Source of the DNA: Verrucomicrobiota bacterium
Lineage (GTDB): Bacteria; Verrucomicrobiota; Verrucomicrobiia; Limisphaerales; CANJXF01
NCBI GenBank assembly: GCA_038214755.1
Contig: JBBQRQ010000002.1
Span: forward strand, 47,882-111,881
Direction: 5' to 3'
DNA: 64,000 nucleotides
Shown here in pieces: positions 38,065-44,884 of this stretch (its first letter is position 1; each line of letters begins with the position of its first letter). The position numbers and the translations under genes were made by a program. The notes beneath the pieces are model-generated. The model saw only the letters and a program-made list of their open reading frames with translations. It searched no databases and was not told the DNA's origin.

Positions 38065-38367
38065 TCAGGCATTGAGGAACAGTTTCCACTCCGCGATGCC
38101 GTGCGCGTTTCGGATGAGCGCCGTCACCGGCAGTTCCTTCGGCGCGCGCGGAACGTTGAGCAATTTCAATACGGCTTCGTGCGGCAGGCGGTTGCCCTTT
38201 TTCGAGTTCACCGCTTTGTTCGCCCAGACGCAATTCTCCCACGCATCTTTTCCGCCGCGCGAACGTGGCAGGATATGATCGATACTGCCTTCCTCCGGCT
38301 TCAGAATTTTGCCGGTGTATTGGACCAGCCTCCCGGAATTGAATGGTGCGGCAACCGGGAGTTGCAC
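38065..38367 (-). pseudogene. HNH endonuclease, probably 5'-truncated
   Basis: HNH core DHILPRSRGGKDAWENCVWANKAVNSKKGN. The ORF is only 100 aa with no ATG (forced GTG), and its 5' end overlaps the tRNA-like minihelix (38344-38398). Confidence 0.6.
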
Positions 38368-38398
38368 CCGGACGAACGGAAGACTTGCAGGTCGCCGC
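38344..38398 (-). ncRNA. tRNA-like minihelix (acceptor stem plus T-arm plus CCA)
   Basis: The minus strand reads GCGGCGA-(20 nt)-CCGGG TGCAACT CCCGG-TTGCCGC-A-CCA. There is no D arm, and the anticodon-like hairpin (GAC CTGCAA GTC) is degenerate. Confidence 0.35.
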
Positions 38399-38466
38399 CT
38401 GGGCTACTCGGCTAATAGGACATCAATCGTTACTCTCGGAAGTAATGATCGCGCCGACTTCCGTCA

Positions 38467-38712
38467 TAGCAGCCAGACTGCAATCAACAATTTTTGAAAG
38501 CTGCGTCCTGAGCCGCACGAACAAAGATCGTTGCGTCCGAGCTTTTCATGAAGCTCCTTAGTTCCATAAACGATGCGGGAACCTTTTTTCAAGCGAGTTT
38601 CCGATGGATACCCTTTGCGACGTTTGCTGGTGATCTCGAAAAAACGGGCTGTCTTGATGAACCGATTGATTTCCCTTACGGCCTCCGGCTTAGGGGTTGT
38701 GGTTGTGAATAA
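38467..38712 (-). pseudogene. C-terminal fragment of a SEC-C-motif protein
   Basis: Open frame without a start: ...[52 protein letters not shown]. GRNDxCxCGSGxxF is the SEC-C metal-binding motif, with the terminal Cys pair lost. Confidence 0.5.
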
Positions 38713-38890
38713 CTAATGCTTGAAATTTTTTCCTTCTAACGCGACAACAGAACTGCGCGACGAACAGCTTTGATCCAAATACCGGCTTTGAGATCTTTGT
38801 GCCGGGGCGTGGATTGCTCCTCGGAGCAGTATTCCGCTTGCGGAAGCGCCTATCTCCTTTGAGCGTTCGCCGCGCATTTACTTTTTGAAT

Positions 38891-38967
38891 TGGTCAGGAA
38901 GCCGGCATTTGCACGCGGACCGTCTCCTTCACAGGGAGAGATGCTGCTAATTACACCACGATCCTGA
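38891..38967 (-). ncRNA. Degenerate tRNA-like module (anticodon loop CTGTGAA, His-like) with encoded CCA
   Basis: About 75% identical to the module at 39065-39138. Anticodon stem TCTCC/GGAGA, T-loop TGCAAAT, eroded T stem, and an acceptor out of register by 1 nt. Confidence 0.35.
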
Positions 38968-38972
38968 TTTGA

Positions 38973-39057
38973 GCGCGGAACGCAGAACGCGGAACGCGGA
39001 AAGAAAAACTCGCGCGCGATTGATCTGATTTCCACGTTCCGCATTCCGAGTTCCGCG
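38973..39057. repeat. Long imperfect hairpin whose arms are four tandem heptamers (GCGGAAC type)
   Basis: gcggaac gcagaac gcggaac gcggaaa, a loop of about 25 nt, then tttccac gttccgc attccga gttccgc. Confidence 0.8.
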
Positions 39058-39064
39058 TTTGAAA

Positions 39065-39138
39065 TGCTCCCACGTGGACTTGCACCACGAACCTTCTCCT
39101 TCGCAGGGAGACATGCAGTTCTATTACACCTTGAGAGC
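39065..39138 (-). ncRNA. tRNA-like cloverleaf (anticodon GCG, Arg-like) with a non-canonical T-loop
   Basis: 74 nt: acceptor GCTCTCA/TGGGAGC, D stem GTGT/GCAT, D loop AATAGAACT (no GG), anticodon stem TCTCC/GGAGA with loop CTGCGAA, V loop AGGTT, T stem CGTGG/CCACG, T loop TGCAAGT. CCA is not encoded. Confidence 0.4.
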
Positions 39139-39143
39139 GGAAA

Positions 39144-39235
39144 GAAATTTACGATTTACGAATGACGATTTACGCGGGCAAATCCAAATCGTCAGCCGAC
39201 TCGTAAATCGTAAATCCAAAATCGTAAATCGAAAT
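39144..39235. repeat. Long imperfect hairpin whose arms are tandem heptamers (ATTTACG type)
   Basis: atttacg atttacg aatgacg atttacg, a loop of about 27 nt, then cgtaaat cgtaaat ccaaaat cgtaaat. Confidence 0.8.
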
Positions 39236-39263
39236 GGTATCCGTGGCCGGACTTGCACCGGCT
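39236..39263 (-). other. tRNA 3'-fragment-like sequence (T-arm, acceptor 3' strand, CCA)
   Basis: The minus strand reads GCCGG TGCAAGT CCGGC CACGGAT A CCA. No matching 5' half is present. Confidence 0.35.
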
Positions 39264-39379
39264 AGGTGGTGGAGATGAAGCGGTCGCGGAAACGTTTTAA
39301 AACGTCGCAAATAAAAGGAGCGGCATGACGGTGAATGAGTTGTTGATATTTTTCATAGCGGGAAAGTGGCCGGAACCCT

Positions 39380-39446
39380 CCACCGTTTCGAGTCTTTTCG
39401 TCGGCCTGCGCTACGCTCCGGCCTCCTCCAAGACTCGAAACGGTGG
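39380..39446. repeat. Hairpin with 17-nt arms
   Basis: ccaccgtttcgagtctt pairs with aagactcgaaacggtgg across a 33-nt GC-rich loop. Confidence 0.75.
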
Positions 39447-39457
39447 GAAGAATAAAT

Positions 39458-39498
39458 CACTGAAGGTTTGATCGCACACACTGAAGGTTTGATCGCAC
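39458..39498. repeat. Tandem direct repeat, two copies of 20 nt
   Basis: cactgaaggtttgatcgcac occurs twice, separated by 1 nt. Confidence 0.85.
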
Positions 39499-39541
39499 CG
39501 CGACAGCTACAAATCTGAGTCGTGGCGACGGCGCGCTGCTC

Positions 39542-39612
39542 GTAGCCGCCGACGTGAGGAGGCGGATTCCGATCGGAAAACCACGAAACCGCCTCCTCAC
39601 GTCAGCGGCTAC
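39542..39612. repeat. REPIN-like inverted REP pair (GTAG..GACGTGAGGAGG family)
   Basis: gtagccgccgacgtgaggaggcgg pairs with ccgcctcctcacgtcagcggctac. It is related to the pair at 3521-3606. Confidence 0.85.
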
Positions 39613-39659
39613 AACTTATGAAATTTTGATGGAGCGCGAACCAGATTTTTCCCGGAGAT

Positions 39660-40058
39660 TTATTCCTTTTTCTTTTTGAAAAATCTTGGGCCAGCCTCGC
39701 CTTGTCGTTGTTGAACTTTGAGTTGGCCAAGAATGGAGACCCAACCGATAAAAATTTTATGCCATTGATTTTCCATGCTGCGGATGACGCCATCGGCCAT
39801 TTCGCTGAGGTAGCGAATGGAGGGCGCGCTCGAGATCAGGGCGAGGACGTCTTCCTTGGTCGGGGAGGGGCATTCCACGGAAGCGAGGATCAACTCCATT
39901 TCCTGAACGATGACGCTTTTGACTTCGAGGAATTGGATCTCGTCTTCGCTGCTGAATTTTTTTGAGCGGGCGAGGTTGACGAAATAATTAAATTGCTTGA
40001 GGCATTCCAAATAATTTTCCAACTGCAGGATGAGTTGTTCGTGGTCTTGGTGGCGCAT
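39660..40058 (-). CDS. Hypothetical protein
   Basis: ATG at 40058. It is the last gene of the response-regulator operon and has a C-terminal basic tail. Confidence 0.5.
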   Translation of the reverse strand: MRHQDHEQLILQLENYLECLKQFNYFVNLARSKKFSSEDEIQFLEVKSVIVQEMELILASVECPSPTKEDVLALISSAPSIRYLSEMADGVIRSMENQWHKIFIGWVSILGQLKVQQRQGEAGPRFFKKKKE

Positions 40059-40063
40059 AAAAT

Positions 40064-40366
40064 TTAATCGTTGTAGGGCTGAAGTCCTTTTGGTTTGAGA
40101 AAAATAATGGCTCCGCCGCGAAGCTCGCGCGCGGTGATTTTAAAGCCGCCATAACGCACGATAATTTCGGACAGAGGCAAAGCGGCCTTGCGCGCATCCT
40201 GGAATACGCCCAAAACGGTGCCGCTGATCTCGCCCATGTATTTTTGGGAGAAGGAATGCGGCAAGGTCGAGGCGAGCAAACGGCCCAGCGCATCGACGGT
40301 GAAACTGCCCGAAGGCAACCGCGCCAGTTTCGGAATCGGTTTGGAAAAAATATTTAAGAAGCCCAT
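40064..40366 (-). CDS. Hypothetical protein
   Basis: ATG at 40366 (MGFLNIFSKPIPKL...). It overlaps the response-regulator stop by 13 nt. Confidence 0.5.
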   Translation of the reverse strand: MGFLNIFSKPIPKLARLPSGSFTVDALGRLLASTLPHSFSQKYMGEISGTVLGVFQDARKAALPLSEIIVRYGGFKITARELRGGAIIFLKPKGLQPYND

Positions 40367-41430
40367 TTGATTGAGATGTTTTTTAAGGTTTCGTAAAGTT
40401 GGTCCGCGCTCAACGTGCGCTTGAATCCAACGCAAAGTTCCGTGTCGCCGCGCGAGGCGATTCCTATGTGCCGCTGCAATCCCAGCCCTTCAACCTGCTT
40501 TAAATCGCCCGCCTGCAATTTTTCTCCGAGGTCGCGCAAGCGTTTTTGGGTTTGTCGGGTCCACGCCGCGACCGGGCTGGAATTTTCCAGTCCCCAGGAA
40601 TCCGGCGCGGCTTTTTGATCGGCGGGAACGGTCATGACAAATTCCACGCCATCGATGCGCGAGAGAGCGGCCAGCGGGGAGCGCGTCAAAAATTTCGTGT
40701 CGCACGCGGCGGTTTGCGCGGAGGATTCCGAACCTTTATTCTCGTCAAAGGCCTGGGCGAAATCCAGAAGCAATCCTTGATAGGGAGTTAAGATCACCCG
40801 CACATGGTCCGGTTCACCAGGCAAAATCTCGAAGCTGCCATTTTTCCACGACAAAATTTCTTTGAAAGCTGCTTCGCCACTCATGGTCAAGGTCGCCGCA
40901 TCCATCACTTCGCCATCCGTCACCCAAATATTTCCCTGCCGGCCTTCCTTCGTGATTTTCAAAACAGAGGAACTGTGCGAGAGACATTCCAATTGGATCA
41001 GATCAACCAGGCTCTTGCTTTGGATTCCGCGAAACCCGTTATCGACCTGCTGGCCGAGCAAGGATTCGATGCACTCGCGGAACAGATTTATTTCCTCTGA
41101 CGTGCTGGGCTTTTCCCAAAATAAATCGATGCCCATGGCGTAAGCGCGAGTCCGATATTGTTCATCGACCACCGCCGTCATCACGACGATTCGCAGTTGA
41201 GGAAATTTCCGGCGCACGATGGAGAGCACTTGCAGTCCATCCATCTTGGGCATCCGCAAATCAGAAATGAGCATCGTAAACGGCTCGGATTCCAGTATGG
41301 CAATGGCGCGCGCGCCGGAAGTGGAGGTGTGGATTTCCGGCTGGCTGGGCAATTGCCGGAGGACCTCCTGAAACAAATCGAGCAAGTCCTGCTCATCATC
41401 CAGCAGTAAAATTTTATGGGGTTGGGACAT
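40354..41430 (-). CDS. Response regulator (receiver domain) with a DUF4388 domain
   Basis: REC motifs KILLLDDE, ISDLRMPKMDG and VVMTA. DUF4388-like segment LVDLIQLECLSHSSSVLKITKEGRQGNIWVTDGEVMDA...GEAAFKEILSWKNGSFEI. Confidence 0.8.
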   Translation of the reverse strand: MSQPHKILLLDDEQDLLDLFQEVLRQLPSQPEIHTSTSGARAIAILESEPFTMLISDLRMPKMDGLQVLSIVRRKFPQLRIVVMTAVVDEQYRTRAYAMGIDLFWEKPSTSEEINLFRECIESLLGQQVDNGFRGIQSKSLVDLIQLECLSHSSSVLKITKEGRQGNIWVTDGEVMDAATLTMSGEAAFKEILSWKNGSFEILPGEPDHVRVILTPYQGLLLDFAQAFDENKGSESSAQTAACDTKFLTRSPLAALSRIDGVEFVMTVPADQKAAPDSWGLENSSPVAAWTRQTQKRLRDLGEKLQAGDLKQVEGLGLQRHIGIASRGDTELCVGFKRTLSADQLYETLKNISIKWAS

Positions 41431-41548
41431 TGGTCTTGAAAATCAGGACATTTTAATTTGGCGCAAAAAATGCGAACCGCACAGAACGAATGAAAATGCA
41501 ATCAGTGAAAATAACCGCGACAGCCACACTTTATTAAAGGTTAAAAAC

Positions 41549-43147
41549 ATGTTTGGATCACTCAAAAAATTATTCCGTAAGGACATGGACGCTGGCCTAG
41601 CTACTTCTATTCCAGAGACATTTCATTCCACCGCAAGCCCCTCGTGGGCGTCGCGTCCGGATGCGCCCGCCACCATGACGTTTTCTCCCGAAATTCTCGC
41701 CCCTACTCCTTCTCTTACGGGAGTGGCAAGTTCGGTCGAGATTGTGGCATTGCCGGTGAGAAGCATCCTGGCTTCGTTGCCCAGTACGCTAACTTCTCTT
41801 GTCCAATCTCAGGGCAACGGCTTTGTCAACCTGTCCGCAAAGCGGATTTTGCAAGAGCTACCTAAGGGTTCGGTAAAACTTCCTTTTGCCGAAATTCGGC
41901 ACGCCGCTCCCAATGGAACTTTTTTCGACAACGCGCGTTTCGATCAGATGCTGATCGAACTGCCGCTGGCCGAAATTTTGTCGCGGCTCCATCCTTCTCT
42001 CTTGTCGCGCCGCGCCAATCAAAAACAAACTTTTGTCTCGCTGGAAGTCACCAATATTTTCGGTCCGCGCGGTCAGGGTATTTCGATTAGCCAGCCTGAG
42101 AGATCGTTCAAGCCCGCGCCAGCAGTCGGTGAGACGACGAATGCCCACGATGCGACGCCCACCGCCATGCCGACGTTGGCCATGCCAATTGCAGTTCCAA
42201 TCGTGTCTCACGTTCCGCAACTCCGAGTGCTGCCCCCCGAACCTGCGCTCGCCGGAAATGCGGATCGGCTGGAAATCCCGATCGCCGCTCTTTTCGAAAA
42301 ATGGCCGCAAGCCATTCGGAGGGAGATAGCGGAATCTGATTTGATTCAGGCAACGATTTCTTTTCCGATGGACAAGATTGAGCCGTTACTGAAAGCCGGA
42401 AAAATTATTTTTACCTGGCAACAAATCTGCCAATGGATGCAACCGCGCGTCAAAAATGTTTCCGCCGAAGAGGATCTGCCCCTTGAGTTGCCGCTCGAAA
42501 TCGTCGCGCCCCTTTTTATGGCGCAACACCGCCCGGCCAAAGCACAGAAGAAAATTTCCATGGGCGAAATCCCGGACCTGTTCACCAACCTCAAAACGGA
42601 GCGAGTCGCCGTTTTGAAACACGAAATCACCGCGCCGGTCCTGCACCTGGAATCCATCGCGGCGCCTCCGAAAATAAAACCATTCGTGATGCCCGTGGCA
42701 GTAGAATCTGTTCCTGCGCCGGTTGAAATAGAACCGGCGGTCGCGCCGATCCAGCCAGAGAATCCGGTCGGAGAAATTTTTGGGCGCGCGGAAAAACAGG
42801 ATTGGTCACCCGGCGAGATCGTGAAAAATTTGGCGGCAATGCCCGACTTGGATGGAGCATTCATCGCCATGCAGGACGGGCTGCTGGTCGCAGCAGAATT
42901 ACCGGGGAAATTCAAAGCGGAAACGGTCGCCGCTTTTCTCCCGCAAATTTTCGGACGCATGAATCAATACGCCAAAGAGCTTCAACTAGGCGGTCTCTCC
43001 AGCCTGGCTTTCGAAGCGGAAAACATTTCCTGGCAAATCGTGAAGGCAGAAGGCGTCTATCTCGTGGTGCTGGGCAAACCGGGCCGGGATTTACCGAAGG
43101 CAACACTCAACACAATCGCGAACGCAGTCAGCAAACAGATTCAATAA
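41549..43147 (+). CDS. Protein with a C-terminal roadblock/LC7-like domain
   Basis: The last 110 aa or so (LAAMPDLDGAFIAMQDGLLVAAELPG...AFLPQIFGRM...VYLVVLGKPG) resemble roadblock/LC7. The N-terminal 400 aa are not recognised. Confidence 0.55.
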   Translation: MFGSLKKLFRKDMDAGLATSIPETFHSTASPSWASRPDAPATMTFSPEILAPTPSLTGVASSVEIVALPVRSILASLPSTLTSLVQSQGNGFVNLSAKRILQELPKGSVKLPFAEIRHAAPNGTFFDNARFDQMLIELPLAEILSRLHPSLLSRRANQKQTFVSLEVTNIFGPRGQGISISQPERSFKPAPAVGETTNAHDATPTAMPTLAMPIAVPIVSHVPQLRVLPPEPALAGNADRLEIPIAALFEKWPQAIRREIAESDLIQATISFPMDKIEPLLKAGKIIFTWQQICQWMQPRVKNVSAEEDLPLELPLEIVAPLFMAQHRPAKAQKKISMGEIPDLFTNLKTERVAVLKHEITAPVLHLESIAAPPKIKPFVMPVAVESVPAPVEIEPAVAPIQPENPVGEIFGRAEKQDWSPGEIVKNLAAMPDLDGAFIAMQDGLLVAAELPGKFKAETVAAFLPQIFGRMNQYAKELQLGGLSSLAFEAENISWQIVKAEGVYLVVLGKPGRDLPKATLNTIANAVSKQIQ

Positions 43148-43159
43148 AGGAAACAACGT

Positions 43160-43771
43160 ATGGCAATTATCAATCAGGCAACCAAAGAGCTTCAGGTAAA
43201 AATCGTTTACTACGGCCCCGGTCGCGGTGGAAAAACGACCAACCTCGAACAACTGCACAGCAATGTGCAAAACGTGCAGGAAAAAGGAAAACTCGTCTCG
43301 CTGGCGACCAGCTCCGACCGCACGTTGTTTTTCGATTTCCTCCCCATCGAAGCGATGTCGATCAAAGGTTTCAAAACCAAATTTCAACTCTACACCGTGC
43401 CGGGACAGGTCATTTATAACACGACGCGCCAACTCGTTTTGCGCGGCGTGGATGGCATCGTCTTTGTGGCCGATTCGCAATACGACAAGATGGCCGAGAA
43501 CGTGGAAAGTTTCGCCAACCTCGAAGAGAACATGAAGGCATTGAAGTTGAACCTGGGCGACATCCCGTACGTTCTGCAATACAACAAGCGCGATTTGCCC
43601 AACGTGGCGCCAGTGGAATACATGGATTTTCTTTTGAACAATCGCGACGTTCAAGTCCCGTCGTTCCCCGCCTGTGCGACCCGATGCGAGGGCGTCTTCG
43701 ACACGCTCAACATGATCACCCGGCTGTTGCTCCATAAATTTATCAACGAAGGAACGCGCAAAGTGGCTTGA
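43160..43771 (+). CDS. mglA: MglA-family Ras-like small GTPase
   Basis: P-loop GPGRGGKTTN, LYTVPGQ switch II, YNKRDL, and overall MglA-like length. Confidence 0.85.
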   Translation: MAIINQATKELQVKIVYYGPGRGGKTTNLEQLHSNVQNVQEKGKLVSLATSSDRTLFFDFLPIEAMSIKGFKTKFQLYTVPGQVIYNTTRQLVLRGVDGIVFVADSQYDKMAENVESFANLEENMKALKLNLGDIPYVLQYNKRDLPNVAPVEYMDFLLNNRDVQVPSFPACATRCEGVFDTLNMITRLLLHKFINEGTRKVA

Positions 43772-43772
43772 T

Positions 43773-44249
43773 ATGTTCAGCCTCCCCCCATTGCTCGAGG
43801 AGGACATCCAGTGCATGGAATCCGCTCTGGACGAACTGCTCCAAAAAAGCGAAGCGACCACCGCGCTGATCATCGACAAAGGCGGTCCTTTGATCACCCA
43901 GCGCGGAACGCTCAACGCTTTCGACACCACGACCATGGCCGCGCTGACGGCAGGCTCGTTTGCCGCGAGCGAAGCCATTGCAGGGTTGGTGGGCGAATCT
44001 TATTTCAGCAGTGTTTACCAACAAGGCGAGCGCCAGAGTTTATGGATCGGAAATGTTGGCTCTAATTTATTGGTGATCGTGATTTTCAAAGCCTCCCTCG
44101 GCGTCGGCGTCGTGAAATATTTCGCGGTGCAGACGACTCAACGCATCGCCGCCCAGATCAAAAAAGCCCGGTCGCGCACCGATGAAAATTTGGATTTGGT
44201 CTCGCTCAATCTCCTGGATTCTTCGGAGCTTTTTAAAAAGAAAGCTTGA
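43773..44249 (+). CDS. mglB: Roadblock/LC7 domain protein (MglB-like)
   Basis: It follows mglA by 1 nt. ALIIDKGGPLITQRG...AALTAGSFAASEAIA...LLVIVIF is the roadblock pattern. Confidence 0.65.
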   Translation: MFSLPPLLEEDIQCMESALDELLQKSEATTALIIDKGGPLITQRGTLNAFDTTTMAALTAGSFAASEAIAGLVGESYFSSVYQQGERQSLWIGNVGSNLLVIVIFKASLGVGVVKYFAVQTTQRIAAQIKKARSRTDENLDLVSLNLLDSSELFKKKA

Positions 44250-44340
44250 GCCGTCCGTTTCGTCAGCCTTCAGAAATTGATTTCCACCTGCTTTGTTGGG
44301 AGGTCTTGACGCAGCCCAATTTACACTTCTCAGGAGCGAT

Positions 44341-44792
44341 GCGGGGTGTGATTTAAACTGGCGGTCACTTGTAGCGCAGGATTGCATTCTGCCGTAGCGC
44401 AGGTTTTCAACCCTTGTCATTACCCACAATTCCTCGGCGCCTTTTCAATCCCAACGGGATTGAAATCAATCAGCCCCGCGTTGCGAGGAACGAGCTACGC
44501 TGAGTCATCGTGCAAACAAATCCTCAACCCGGAACGGGTTGCATAAAATCCCCTCTTACATCGCTACGAAATCGAATTTGATGAACGGAAGATTGGGATT
44601 AATTTCGCGATTTGATTCAACTCTTTCAGAGTTGATGCACTTTTATTGACATCCCCCAGCGTAGCTCGTTCCTCGCAACGCTGGGCTAAGTGATCCCAAT
44701 CCTTTCAGGATTGAAGAAACACGGGCTGCGATGTGGGTAATGACAAGGATGCAATCCTGCGCTACGTGACCGCCACTTGAACTCACACCCCG
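44341..44792. repeat. Nested palindrome: outer arms of about 88 nt (left, with a 24-nt insertion) and 61 nt (right) enclosing MITE-like copy 2 (44444-44716)
   Basis: The outer arm cggggtgtgatttaaactggcggtcacttgtagcgcaggattgcat...ccttgtcattacccaca pairs with tgtgggtaatgacaaggatgcaatcctgcgctacgtgaccgccacttgaactcacaccccg. The inner element is homologous to 35421-35653 in the same orientation. Confidence 0.8.
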
Positions 44793-44831
44793 GCGATGCG
44801 TCGGGGGGCCTTATTTTTTCAACGGCTCACT

Positions 44832-44866
44832 CAAATAAAAAGCCGGACTTCATCACGAAGTCCGGC
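44832..44866 (-). terminator. Rho-independent terminator of rpsB-tsf
   Basis: A 10-bp stem (gccggacttc/gaagtccggc) with a 5-nt loop, followed on the minus strand by TTTTTATTT. It lies 19 nt after the tsf stop. Confidence 0.75.
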
Positions 44867-44884
44867 TGGATCTGGCAAAGATTT

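Noticed and set aside
31266-39263. Rsr/Y-RNA (YrlA-type tRNA-like ncRNA) locus, suggested by RtcB plus tRNA-like modules
   Set aside because: No TROVE/Ro60-like gene is in the window. The modules are 6 kb from rtcB and lack an obvious long Ro-binding stem. The idea is kept only as something a homology search could revisit.
38973-39498. Possible CRISPR array, suggested by the short direct repeats (heptamer runs and the 20-nt tandem repeat)
   Set aside because: The repeats are 7 nt with no spacers, or occur as only two adjacent 20-nt copies. The heptamer runs are the arms of hairpins. No cas genes are in the window.
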